This document shows, one piece after another, positions 25,391 to 37,372 of a DNA stretch of 64,000 nt. The DNA comes from Squalus acanthias (Eukaryota). The notes under the pieces were generated by a model, which was given only the letters and a program-made list of their open reading frames with translations, was not told the DNA's origin and ran no database searches. The position numbers were made by a program, and so were the translations under genes. The stretch lies in contig CM059431.1 of assembly GCA_030390025.1 (NCBI GenBank), positions 153,824,001 to 153,888,000 of the forward strand. Reading direction: 5' to 3'. Position 1 is the first letter of the stretch; every line of letters starts with the position of its first letter.

Positions 25391-28300
25391 GTCGGAAATG
25401 GGAGTAGCAGTAGCCCATTTGGCACTTCGTGCCTGTTTCGCCATTCAATGAGATCATGGCAGATCTCATACCTCATCGCCACTTACCTACACTATCCCCA
25501 TATCCGTTGATGCCCTTAATATAAAGGGCCTCATAGCGAGATTACCAGGACCGGGATTCGAATGTAGTTCATTTGCACAGAGATAGAATCTGGACAAAGA
25601 AGCAGCTAGATATCGAAATTTAAGATAATTCAAAACAGTTAAAGTTTCAGTTTTGTGAGATTACTGTGCCCTTCGATCTGTTGCTAATCTAAGAAACTCA
25701 AAGCGATCTTTGTTCGTTGCTATCTGTGTCAATTTATATTCCGATAATATATTAGTTTTATGGTGAACAATAACATCGTGTGGAGGACACGGAGCTGATT
25801 CCTGCAACTGAACACAATTTATCTGCGGGGTCTTCTGAACTGCAGATGGAAGAGCCGGGGGACATTTAATAATTTTTAGCACACCAAGCATTAATGACTT
25901 TGGTTAAAGGATCAGTAACTCACCAGAACAGTTCAACCTGAATGAGACCGTGTTTATTTCAGATCAAGCCCTGCACCAGAGATCAGGGTGGGGAGATATT
26001 GTACTGATCAGGGCTGATGGTCGTGCTTATAACGGTGATATGTAGCTGATCTTTACCCAGGGTGTATTCATTAACATGCAAACATCCAACGTTATCTTAT
26101 CCGGATTGTCTGGAACCAGAATCAGTAGCCGCAGCACAAGGTAAGGACCGGAATATACTGAGCACCATTATAGTGTTTTAATGCATTTGAAAAGTTGCAG
26201 TATCCATCATGGATCAAGTAAGAAAATATTGTTTTTTCAGAAATTAATTTACTGGAAGTACCGCCATTTAACAGAATAAAACTTCAAAATGTAAACTCAT
26301 ACCCTAAAATTATATTGGTGCAAATAGTATATCAATATTTTTTATCGTTTATGACACGGCTATGATCAAAAAGTTAGAAGTTGATATTCTTCAACATAAA
26401 TCACAAACAGTAACCATCACCGACATCTTAGATTCCAGCCATGGGTGGTTAACTTTCATTCAAACCGTATTGACCTCAGGATTCTAGAGCTCCTTGTGCC
26501 AAACGAATCAAATGACGACTTGTAGTCGAGGAGAGGTATGTTCACATTTCCTCTGTCATTTATCTCGTGCACCTGTAAACTTATCAGGATCGAGGAGTTC
26601 AAGCATTACCCGAAATTCGCGTCGGTGCGCAGTTGATTAATAAGTGAGTGTGGCTTGATCACGCTATTTATGAGTCGCTCCATCGCTTTGCTGATCATTG
26701 AGAGGTGACTGATAGGAGGATAATTGGTTTGAGTCAGTGTGTGCTTAATTTCGCGGATAGGATATAGCTGGTCATCCAAAATATATCCCTCAAGAGCAAA
26801 AATTCCACTTGTGCAGTCAAATAACCATGATAAAAATTTGAGTTAAGAAGCAGTATAAAACTAATGGCAGGGACTTACACAAATAGCAGAAGACTGTCAA
26901 AAATATAGAAAGCAACTAAGGGCCACGAAGAAAATATTAAAATCTGCTTGAATGGAACACGAAAAAATTTCCAAGCGATATAACTGTTAATTATTAAATC
27001 ATGTATAAATATATCAAGTTTAAGACAGTGGCTGATGGAGATGTGCACATATTAATGACAGACACAGGTGATACGGAAATAGTTAACAAGGTGATAGCTG
27101 AGTTTTTTAAAAAAGTACTTTGTATTGGTTTTCACAGCAGAGCAAGATGACAAAATACCAATGATAGAAGGGAAACTAAAAATAAATCAAGGAGAGGAAC
27201 TTACTGTATTCCAAATTTTAAAAAAGTAATGGGGGAAATAAATGAAGTTAGGATAGATACTTCTCCAGGACCTAGTACTTCCCACCACAGGGTATTAAAA
27301 TAAGCAGGGGTGGGATATATACAAACGTTATGTGAATATACAGAAGGCGTTTCGTGCCTTTCCCACCCAGCAGATGGTCACACTCTTAATGTCCTTCAGT
27401 AAAAAGAGAGTTACTGATAATATGGCAACATATCATATTATATAGTCAAGTGTGATTCCCGTTACCACGAAATCTTCCTTAATGATTCAATTTCCAAAGA
27501 AGAGCAACAGTATTTGTCCGCAGCAGAATTTAAAAAAAATATATATACTAAAGTGATAAACTGGTGCATTTTTACGCATTGGATACACTCTCGCAGACCT
27601 CTTGCACTTATTTGAAAGTTGCATTGAGGTTACCTGAAACGAGCACCTGTTGGGCTGAAAACAAGTGGTTGGAATAGAGTGGAGGTGAGTCGCAGGATTC
27701 AGTCTGGGGCCATTTATATTTATATTACTAGTTTGAATATAAATCTTGGTCAATATTTGCAGATGGTGTAATAATTAAGTATTTATATATTTCCTAACGT
27801 GATATATAGTTACTATTTAGGAAATTGAAAATATACGGGATGTGCTAAAAATGACATTTGAAATCAATGCAGTGTTAGGTGATACATATTTGTAAAATAT
27901 CAGCTGCAATCGCACGCTGAATTGAGGTAGATGCGGTGCAATGGAGGAGCTGAGTGACTTAGCGGATTCAGGTTCACGGGACATAAAAGGGAGCACCTCA
28001 GGTTGATAAGTCCGCAGAAAATGCAATGGTACTCTAGGTTTAATTTCATGTTTTATAGAATAAAGAAGTTGAGATAGTAATGTATTTAAATAAACACTTA
28101 GTAAGACCTCCATTGGAGTAGACTGTGCTCCATCAAGCTATAGTCTTCAGGAATGATATTCAGTTCTATGGAGCTTTACATGAGATTGACTGGTGTGCTA
28201 CCTGGTATCAGCTAAACAGATACAAATGAAGACTTGGAAAGCTATTTTCTTCATGAGAATCGCACATATTCGGAGTGATATGATGGATGTGTTTAAAATT

Positions 28301-29080
28301 AAGAACGGTTGAGACAAGATAGATAGAAGCAGGCTATTTTCAGCAATTGAGGTATCAGGAACAAAGTAGACAATTAATTTAACGTTCAGATTTTCCCAGT
28401 CTCACAATGAATTGAAGCCGCTCCCAAACAGTTCAAATAAAGATTAAATCCAAAATAGAAATTACAACATCACAATTGAAGATAACAGTCCGATGAAGCA
28501 GCAACTTGACTTGTTTACCGAAACACATTTGCTGATTAAGTTCCAGTAATTGAAACTCGGAGCCTGATAATCATGGGTGGGAACATCCTGTTCAAGGCCG
28601 AGGCTGTAACACATCAACTGGGGACTTTCTGCCGGAGAATATAATCATTGCTCTTTTGTTAATAAGAAATTAACCGGTGACGGCAATTGTACACATTCAT
28701 GTCAATAATGATTAGATTAGCATAAGAACATAAAACATAAGAAATAGGAGTATGAGTAGGCAATTTGGCCTTTCGCGCCTGTTCCGCCATTCAATAAGAT
28801 CATGGCTGATCTTCTACCTCATCGCCAATTTGTTGTATTATCCGCATATCCCTTGGTTCCCTTAATATGAAGGTCCTCATACAGGGATTCGAATGTAGTT
28901 CAGTTACATAGAGTTAGAATCTGGGCAAATAAACAGCTAGTGATCGAAAGATAAGATGATTACAAGCACTTAAAGTTTCAGTTTTGTGAGATTACTGTGA
29001 CCTTCCATCTGGTGTTGAATCTAAGAAACTAACAGCGATCTTTGCCCGTTGCTATCAGTATTTTATATTCAGATAATAAT

Positions 29081-29839
29081 TTGCCCAGAAATTAAACATG
29101 GATGGTTCCCGCGGGGGTAAGGATTCCCCGCGTTATCGCACTCCGCGCCTACCTTTTTGTTTGTGGCCCACATGAACTTTAGTTTCAGAGCCTCTTCTTG
29201 TTGCAACCGCGCAGTGTGTGCGTCTCCCAGAGGCGCAATTAGTTCGTGCGACCTCTGGGATCACGTGATTAAGTTAGAGCCAATGGCAAACACCATCTTT
29301 CATTCATAGCTTTGACAGCAAGAGCTGTCAAAGCATGAATACTACAAACCACCAAAAGAACAGCTAAACCTCAATAAATTAAAAAAGCCATCACATTAAT
29401 AAAATAAGTATAGTTAAATAAATTAACCACTTTAAACAAAATTGTAAATTTTTGAAAATCTTTAAAATTCATTTAAATGTTATAAAAATAAACTTACCTT
29501 TCTTTAAAGTCTCTCAAAAAGATAAACCTGTTGAAAAAAATCAAAATAACACTTAATTAACTACTTACCTTTTTAAAAGGGGGTCCTACGCCTGCTTTAT
29601 TTATGTGTAAAATCTTCACCACTTACCTGCGCGTTCAAAGCTGATAAAATAAACTAAGTGCGCTGCGTGCGCACAACCTGTAGTGCGCACGCGGTTCACT
29701 TAGGAACGGCCCCCTTTTCAGTTCATGAATTGCCGGTTTCCCGCGCATGCGCAGTGCATGCAGGAAACCGGCAATTCGGGATCAAATACGCGAGAGTACA
29801 CAGTGCGTACTCTCGCGTATTAGGTTTAATTTTCGGGCC
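29081..29839. mobile_element. MITE insertion specific to unit B
   Basis: TIRs gcccagaaattaaac / gtttaattttcgggc; empty site in unit A near 25745. Confidence 0.75.
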
Positions 29840-30800
29840 AAAGTATTTTTATGGTGATCAATAACATCGAGGTAAGGACACGGAACTGATTCCTGCAACT
29901 GAACACAATTTCTCTGTGGGGTCTTCTGAACTGCAGATGGAAGAGCCGGGGGAAATTTAATAATTGTTAGAACAACAAGAATTAATGACTTTGGTTAAAG
30001 GATCAGTAATTCACCAGAACAGTTTAACCTGAATGAGATCGTGTCTGATTCGCTTCAAGCCCTGCACCAGAGATCAGGGCGGGGAGAGATTTTACTGATC
30101 AGACTGAAGGTCGATCTTGTGACGGTGATGTGTAACTGATCTTCACCCAGTGTATAATCATTAACCTGCAGAACTCACAACGCTCACTTACCCAGACTAT
30201 CTGGAAACAGAGCCAGGAGCCGTGGACCAGGTAAGGACCCGGAAATTTCTGAGCATCTTTATTGTGCTTTAATGTATTTAAAACGTTGTAGTATCCATCA
30301 TGGATCAAGTAAGAAAATATTGTTTTTTCAGAAATTAATTTACTGGAAGTAGCGCCATTTAACAGAATAAAACTTCAAAATGTAAACTTATTCCCTGAAA
30401 TTATATTGCTGTAAATAGCATTTTTTTCTCGTTTATGATACGGCGATGAACAAAAAGTTAGGAGTTGATATTCTTCAACATAAATCACAACCAGTAACCA
30501 TCACCGTAATTTAGATTCCAGCCATGGGCGGGTAACCTTCATTGAACCCGTATTGACCTCAGGATTCAAGAGCTCCTTGTGCCAAATGAATCAAATGACG
30601 ACTGGTTGTCGAGGAGAGTTGTGGTCACTTTCCCTCTGTCATTTAACTCTTGCACCTGTAAACAAATCAGGATCGGGGAGTTCAGGCATTGCCCGAAATT
30701 CCCGTCGGTGAGCTGGTGATTAATAAGTGAGTGCGGCTTGAACACTCTTTAAATGATCATGATGCGGAAATGCCGGCTTTGGACTGTGGTGGAGAAAAAT

Positions 30801-30991
30801 GAGAAGTCGCACAACACCAGGTTATAGTCCAACAGATTTGTAAAAATTACAAGCTTTCGGAGCTATCGATCGTCCCATTTCAGGTAAAGTTACAATGTAA
30901 CTTTACCTGAAGAAGAGGCGATCGATAGCTCCGAAAGCTTGTAATTTTAAATACATCTGTTGGACTATAACCTGGTGTTGTGCGTCTTCTC
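30801..30991. repeat. ~190-bp near-perfect palindrome (Penelope-derived) with hammerhead-like core
   Basis: cgcacaacaccaggttatagtccaacagat ... atctgttggactataacctggtgttgtgcg; CTGAAGA...GAAAgctt at 30907-30940. Confidence 0.75.
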
Positions 30992-31159
30992 ACTATTTAT
31001 ATGAGTCACTCCATCGCTCTGCTGATCATTGAGAGGTGACTGATAGGAGGATAATTGGTTGGAGTCAAGTGTGTTCTTAATTTTGTGGGTAAGATATTGC
31101 TGGTCTTCCAAAATATATCCCTCAAGAGCATAAATTCCACTTATACGATTAAATACGAT

Positions 31160-32595
31160 TAAAATCACTAAGGAATTGGTATTCAGTAAAATAATGGGAC
31201 TCAAGGCGGATAAATCCCCTGAACCTGATGGCTTACATCCTAGGGTCTTGATGGAAGTGGCAGTAGGGATTGTGGATGCTTTGGTAATAATTTTACAAAA
31301 TTCCCTGGACTCAGCAAAGGTCCCGGCAGATTGGAAAACTGCTAATGTAACACCCTTATTTAAAAAGGGTAGTAGGCAGAAGGCTGGAAATTACAGGCCA
31401 GTTAGCCTAACATCTGTGGTGGGTAAAATTTTGGAGTCTATTATTAAGGAGACAGTAACGGAACATTTAGATAAACATAATTTAATAGGACAAAGTCAGC
31501 ATGGCTTTATGAAGGGGAAGTCATGCCTGACAAATTTGCTTGAGTGCTTTGAGGACATAAAGGACAGGGTGGATAAAGGGGAACCAGTGGACGTAGTGTA
31601 TTTAGACTTCCAGAAGGCATTCGACAAGGTGCCACATAAAAGATTATTGCTCAAGGTAAAACATCACTGGATTGGGGCTAATATTCTGGCATGGGTGGAG
31701 GATTGATTATCTAACAGGAAGCAGAGAGTTGGGATAAATGGTTCATTCTTGGACTGGGAACCAATAGCCAGTGGTATTCCGCAGGGGTCGGTGCTGGGTC
31801 CCCAACTCTTTACAATCTATATAACGATTTGGAGGAGGGGACCGAGTGTAACATATCAAAGTTTGCAGATGATACAAAGATGGGAGAGAAATTAGAAAGT
31901 GAGAAGGACATAAAAAACCTACAAGGGGATATAGACAGGCTGGGTGAGTGGGCGGGGATTTGGCAGATGCAATACAATATTGGAAAATGTGAGGTTATGC
32001 ACTTTGGCAGGAAAAATCAGAGAGTTATTATCTTAATGGCGAGAAACTGGAAAGTACTGCAGTACAAAGGGATCTGGGGGTCTTGGTGCAAGAAAATCAA
32101 AAAGCTAGTATGCAGGTGCAGCAGGTGATCAAGAAGGCCAACGGAATGTTGGCTTTTATTGCTAGGGGGATAGATTATAAAACCATCGAGGTTTTGCTGC
32201 AGTTATATAAGGTATTGGTGAGACCGCACCTGGAATACTGCGTACAGTTTTGGTGTCCATACTTAAGAAAATAAATACTTGCTCTCGAGGCAGTACAAAG
32301 AAGGTTCACTCGGTTAATCCCGGGGATGAGTGGTGGACAAATGAGGAGAGGTTGAGTAGATTTGAACTCTACTCATTGGAGTTCAGAGGAATGAGAGGCG
32401 ATCATATTGAAACATAAAAGATTGTGAAGGGGCTTGATTGGGTGGATGGGAACAGGATGTTCCCAAGGATGGGTGAAACTAGAACTAGGGGGCATAATCT
32501 TAGAATAAGGGGCGGCTCTTTCAAAACTGAGATGAGGAGAAACTTCTTCCACCAGAAGGTAGTAGGTCTGTGGAATTTGCTGCCCCAGGAAGAAG
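31160..32595 (+). mobile_element. CR1 LINE RT region, upstream part, interrupted by the LTR element
   Basis: NYRPVSLTS, VVYLDFQKAFDKVPH, FADDTK and LVRPHLEYC motifs. Confidence 0.9.
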
Positions 32596-34259
32596 TGTAA
32601 GGGATTCTGACCCTGCGTGTCTCGCAGCCTGTGAGATTCACGCGGCTCTGTGCAGCCTGTATGTCAGTGCGGGTCTAGGCCGTGTTGCCTGTTCTGGTCT
32701 CCAGCCAGTTCTGGGACACTAGACACACCTGTGAGTGGTTCGAATCACTCTCCCTTACGGTTCTAGACACTGGACTTTGATGCGAGAGCAGCAATAGAGA
32801 TGAAACTCATGTAGACTTGGTTTGAATGGTACGAAATGGAAAATCTTTATTGCATGATACTTAAGATTATGAAATACATGTCATAAGCACAGATTAATGA
32901 CAGTACAATCTTACAAACAGTTATATAGTCGATCTTAGGGAAACGAGGAACGAACGGCACAAAGTAAATAGGGGCACACATTACAAATATCCTTAATCCT
33001 TAAACCCTCCCCTATCAATATCTATCCTAAACTAGATTCGTAGGATCTCGAGACTCATGCTCACCACTCGTGATAACTCGGAGAAATTCCGAATAGCTGA
33101 TCGGATGTTTTTCACCGCAGCACCCACGTGTTGGTCAGGAGATCTCCTGGTCCCACTTGTTTCCTTGCTTCTGCTGCTCCGGCTAGCAGGCTGGAACGTC
33201 TGCTGTGATGAAGATCTGTATTGGTGGCTTTCACATTCCAGTTACTTTGGGCACAGTCCAGTTATCATCGATGCAATATGTTTCGTTATAAGTTCGAAGA
33301 AGTCTTCCTGGCGAGGAAAACTTGGCTAATCGACCTACAGGCGCGGTCGGGATTTACTGACCGTGGCGATGGATATGGTCTTCCTCTCTTCTCATCTCAT
33401 CTCATCTCATCTCTTCTCGGGCCTTTTGGTTCCGATACCGGTTACCAATATAGGTCTTCGTTACGCGACACGAGGTTGATCCGAACGGATCAGAAAGTTC
33501 AACAGTCTTTTCAGAAGAGGCAACAGGCAAGCAGAAGCCCAACTACGAGTACACAGGAGCAGCCACGAGGTTACGAATCGACCGGATAAGAGCACAGGAG
33601 CAGCCACGATGATAAGAGCAGCAAGAGAGAGAATGGACGGTTTGGAGCCTGCAATTATAGTGCAAAATCTTCCGTTTCCCGCCCAACTATAATGTCCATT
33701 CTTTTGTTTAAGGTCTGGCGCTCAAATGTCTTGTATGGGTGATCTCCGTTCTTAATGGGTTTCGGGGCTACTCGTAAATGTCTGAGTACCTGTTAATATT
33801 TCTCCCATTGTTAAATCGGTCGGTAATCTCCCTGGAGGGGTTTGGGGCTTCCAAGTGTCCTGTATAACTACCTGCTAACGGCTCTCTCATCGTAGAGTCG
33901 TTGGGATTTTACATATTAATGTCTTTTGGATGGGCCCTTGATTACTCGGTACAATGGCTTTCCTTTGTACCTGGGAGACCGATTTCAGTATCTATGTGTA
34001 TACTGCAAACCCATAATGTCTCGTGTATTATCTTCACTGTGCTGACTCTTAATCGATCTTGCACAAATGTTTATTGGAACGCCATCTTGTCTGCCTGTTG
34101 AAAAGTCCAGAATGTTCTGTCACGAGGTGCGGCGGCCATTTTACAGGCTGCTTGTGTCCACTTTAAACCTGCCAGCATTCTACTGAAATAAAAGCTGTTT
34201 GAACGAAACTCTGTGTTTTCTCCTTATTAATAAAATCGCGATATATTGCGAATTCTACA
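32596..34259 (-). repeat. 3' LTR (1664 bp)
   Basis: Direct repeat of 40299-41963; preceded on the minus strand by the PPT; AATAAA at ~32846-32851. Confidence 0.95.
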
Positions 34260-34260
34260 G

Positions 34261-34271
34261 TCCCTCCTGTT
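34261..34271 (-). promoter_or_regulatory. Polypurine tract
   Basis: aacaggaggga lies 1 nt before the 3' LTR TGTA on the minus strand. Confidence 0.7.
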
Positions 34272-34709
34272 GATGCGAATAACTCTGCTTATCGTATCAA
34301 AAATCATAGTGGTGAGCAATATTATCTCGATTTCTCTCCGAATCCAGCAAATTAATCCCATAATTTTAATTTAGCTAGGGTCTCTGTGTCGTCCTCATTT
34401 CCCAAGAAAATTACATTTTATATCACCGTAGGCATTATTTGCCCTTAAACTTACACCACTTGTTTTCCTTCCCGGCGTAACCAGGCCGATGCTTCTCGTA
34501 TCACCTGTATATTCATCTTTTATTCAGGGAAAGGAAAAACAGAACCCAAAACCAAACAATCATTTTTAACTGTAACACCATCACCAAAATAATCAACACC
34601 AACTCTTAAAACATGTCGAGTTTCCAACGTATTTACAATCTCTGAAAATCATGATTGAGTACAAACTTCCGCGGCGCACGTGGCGAGCGGGAGTGACGCC
34701 ATTTTCCGA

Positions 34710-37061
34710 TCACACGGTGCTTTCATCGTGCACGCGCACGTAACGTTCTCGCCACTCTCCCGTGTTTTCATGCTTGGTGAGGCGCTTGTCTCTTTTACAA
34801 TGTACGACCAATAGGTACACTACAATAAACACTTGGCATACGACTAAAATGTGGGAGGCTATTCTGATCCATGAAGGTACTTCAATATTAGTGAACAGAT
34901 TCCACCACGGTGGAACTACTATATCCAGAATGTCTGTTCCTATTTCGACAGTTTTCTGCTCTAATGTGTAAAAGTGTTTCTGTGACACCGCGACGGCTTT
35001 TAAAAGCTTGGTGAGGTGTTCAGGGAGAGGGGGAATGAGGTATCCAAAATGCGCGACGAATCGCTGCAAGTCGGTGAAATTCTCTTTTACTGTGAGATGA
35101 ACAGTGGATGGTTCAGGGATTGGGATAATTCGCTGTTGTGCTACTTGAACTTCCGCCCTGGGTTTAAAACAGAAACTGCTGTCACTCACCGGACACCGGC
35201 TACGGTTTCCATGCTGGTAGTGTTGCGCTGCAGTGGTAACACAATATGTTCCACCCCCGATGTATGCTACCTGCGGAGGCACATGATCTTGTGCCATTGC
35301 CTCCATGGTGCAATTCATGGACTTGGCGCCAGTCGTTCTGAACCCACACTGTGGTGTTAAAAAGGCATTCAAGTGCTGGGGGCACAGTATTATGTGTGCT
35401 CCCCTGCCACGACAACCAGAGAGATCTGTACCTGTCATCGTTTGCTCCCAGCGGATGACGTAGGGTGGAACCGCTGCATAGCGAATGTGGGCTACCCCCT
35501 GAATGACACCAATGTTCTCTACCCGATACACCGGGGCGGGCTTTGCTGTGTCGCCCAAAACCGGCATACGTAATACTATTCCCATAATAGTATGGTTTGA
35601 TCGTCCGCAGTCCACGGGGACTGGGTAAGCTTCTGAAGCTAGCCTGAGCTGGCATGGACTTAATGCGTTCTGAAAAGGGTGGAGCGCCCGCAGGTGTTTG
35701 TTACTTATCCAGGACGGAACCAAACCTTGTTTTAAATCCTCCAAATTACTGCGGCCCTCGCCCAGTAACCACGCCCCGTAAAGCACGCACACCTCGTTCT
35801 GCGCAGCTTGATCGGATGCATTCCGATCTTCCCTAATCAGGGCATTTACCGTCTTTGCATGTTTCTCCAACTCTGCTATAATTTCCTTTAAATGGAGGGT
35901 CATGGCTTGGTCCTCGTGTAGACCCGACCCTACCACTTTATTCTCATCTGTTAGAATGTCCTTTAATTGTGTCTTTAAACCATTAATCTGGGTCTGCAGC
36001 TCCACACTGTCTAGAGCGTAGACCACAGATGTACCCGTGTTAAAAGCGGTGAACGCATCGTTCACCAAACCCCTTCTTTGCCTCCCTGCTTGATTCAAAA
36101 CTTCCTGTGGTGCGGTGTACAAACTTGTTTTATCAATTTCCGCGAAATCGAATTCGTAAAATTGTCTGAACATCTTGGTCAACAGGACCTGGTACAACTG
36201 TTCCGTCTTTTTGGGGCACCACTCTGGTAACCGCACCTCAGTGAGATTTAAAATCACCGAGGCCACCGCGTAATGTACCCCCTGAAATAGTATCTGGTCT
36301 GTGGGGACCAGTACCAAACCATTCCCGGGTCCCTTACTAGTTTTAGGGCACCCTTCTTCCTCAGCTAGAACCACCGGAATCGTGGGCGGGGCTTTGCGTG
36401 GGCGCGTAATGAGCTCAGTGGCATTTACTGGGATCGGGGAGAATGGGGCTCCGCACCCCCTGGTGCTCGCATCCCACCTCATCCCCTGTCCGTTATGCTG
36501 CCATTGATTAATAAAAAATATGGAGATGCCTTTGGGGCAAACGTACTTTGACCCCCACATACATACATAAATTCCCTCATCCGGTTCCCACCATTTGTCC
36601 CAACAGACTTTCACTTGTCCGTCTGTCCCCGTAATTGTCCGATGGGTATTATTACCCAGTCGTTCCCACTCGACCGAAGAGTTCCTCATAGTTTTGCTCA
36701 GCTTTCGCAGCCACCACCATCGGCTCAATGGGACCTTCCCACTACAAGTCAAACAAATCCGTTTGCCGACGGTGACGCTGATCCTGGGTGCGATGATCCT
36801 TACTTTGGGGCACAGTAAAGAAGTCTCTTTGTAGGCAAACCCCGATGTGCTGGAATACTCCGTTGAGTTCGTTCCCAGCCATCCTGGCCACCTTCCCTTG
36901 TGGAAATAGGTGCTGGTCTCCTCTGCCTCCCGTCTTCCGGTCCCATCCACCGCGATGGGGGCCGTGTCCCCGGAACATCCAAACACCACGACATCCTTGG
37001 TGCGGCCTCGATAGGCCAATCCACATCCGATTGCCGCGAGCAATACTAGAATTCGTTCCAT
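34710..37061 (-). CDS. env: Envelope / class I fusion glycoprotein, ~783 aa from the signal-peptide ATG (ORF open from 37244)
   Basis: Strong-context aggATGG with signal peptide MERILVLLAAIGCGLA; Ig-like segment; furin site RQRR (36072-36083); fusion peptide and heptad repeat; Cys-rich region; TM helix IASHILVVCQVFIVVYLLVV; about ten N-glycosylation sequons. Confidence 0.9.
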   Translation of the reverse strand: MERILVLLAAIGCGLAYRGRTKDVVVFGCSGDTAPIAVDGTGRREAEETSTYFHKGRWPGWLGTNSTEYSSTSGFAYKETSLLCPKVRIIAPRISVTVGKRICLTCSGKVPLSRWWWLRKLSKTMRNSSVEWERLGNNTHRTITGTDGQVKVCWDKWWEPDEGIYVCMWGSKYVCPKGISIFFINQWQHNGQGMRWDASTRGCGAPFSPIPVNATELITRPRKAPPTIPVVLAEEEGCPKTSKGPGNGLVLVPTDQILFQGVHYAVASVILNLTEVRLPEWCPKKTEQLYQVLLTKMFRQFYEFDFAEIDKTSLYTAPQEVLNQAGRQRRGLVNDAFTAFNTGTSVVYALDSVELQTQINGLKTQLKDILTDENKVVGSGLHEDQAMTLHLKEIIAELEKHAKTVNALIREDRNASDQAAQNEVCVLYGAWLLGEGRSNLEDLKQGLVPSWISNKHLRALHPFQNALSPCQLRLASEAYPVPVDCGRSNHTIMGIVLRMPVLGDTAKPAPVYRVENIGVIQGVAHIRYAAVPPYVIRWEQTMTGTDLSGCRGRGAHIILCPQHLNAFLTPQCGFRTTGAKSMNCTMEAMAQDHVPPQVAYIGGGTYCVTTAAQHYQHGNRSRCPVSDSSFCFKPRAEVQVAQQRIIPIPEPSTVHLTVKENFTDLQRFVAHFGYLIPPLPEHLTKLLKAVAVSQKHFYTLEQKTVEIGTDILDIVVPPWWNLFTNIEVPSWIRIASHILVVCQVFIVVYLLVVHCKRDKRLTKHENTGEWRERYVRVHDESTV

Positions 37062-37244
37062 CCTTCCTTGGTTCCTGTGATCAGATAGAATGAGGTAGCC
37101 AGCCTCGCAAGAGTCTCTGGCTTTTGTGAAGGGTGAGCGGGTCCCCTGACCTCGCCTCACGTAAACTTCAACGTTCGCTGAATAAACTTCAACTAAACCT
37201 ATCTTTAAAGCTCCCATCATTTTATCGTTTTCTGTTAAAAACAC

Positions 37245-37345
37245 TACAATCTTAACCTTATTAAAACTATAAACTTAACCTTGAACTATTAACTTAAAAC
37301 TTAACCTTGAACTATAAACTTAAAACTTAGAACTATAACTTTACA
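37245..37345 (-). promoter_or_regulatory. T-rich short-repeat tract upstream of env (candidate splice-acceptor region)
   Basis: Repeated aacttaaccttgaactat units; minus-strand tttttaacag just downstream (~37232). Confidence 0.35.
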
Positions 37346-37372
37346 GTGCCGCCCGTTCTCAGGGCGGCCCCT

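Larger units (their letters stand above)
22105..27345 (+). repeat. Tandem segmental duplication, unit A
   Basis: Collinear similarity with 27346-42810 (e.g. cccagcagatggccacactctta vs cccagcagatggtcacactctta). Confidence 0.85.

Noticed and set aside
25920..26140. Possible minus-strand exon with splice-like signals in both duplication units
   Set aside because: Stops in plausible frames and no recognisable protein.
33057..33589. ORFs inside the LTRs
   Set aside because: Short, antisense to the element, and one differs by a stop between the two LTRs.
37062..37244. First 61 codons of the 844-aa env ORF as true N-terminus
   Set aside because: Starts at a non-ATG codon; the signal peptide and strong-context ATG are at 37061.
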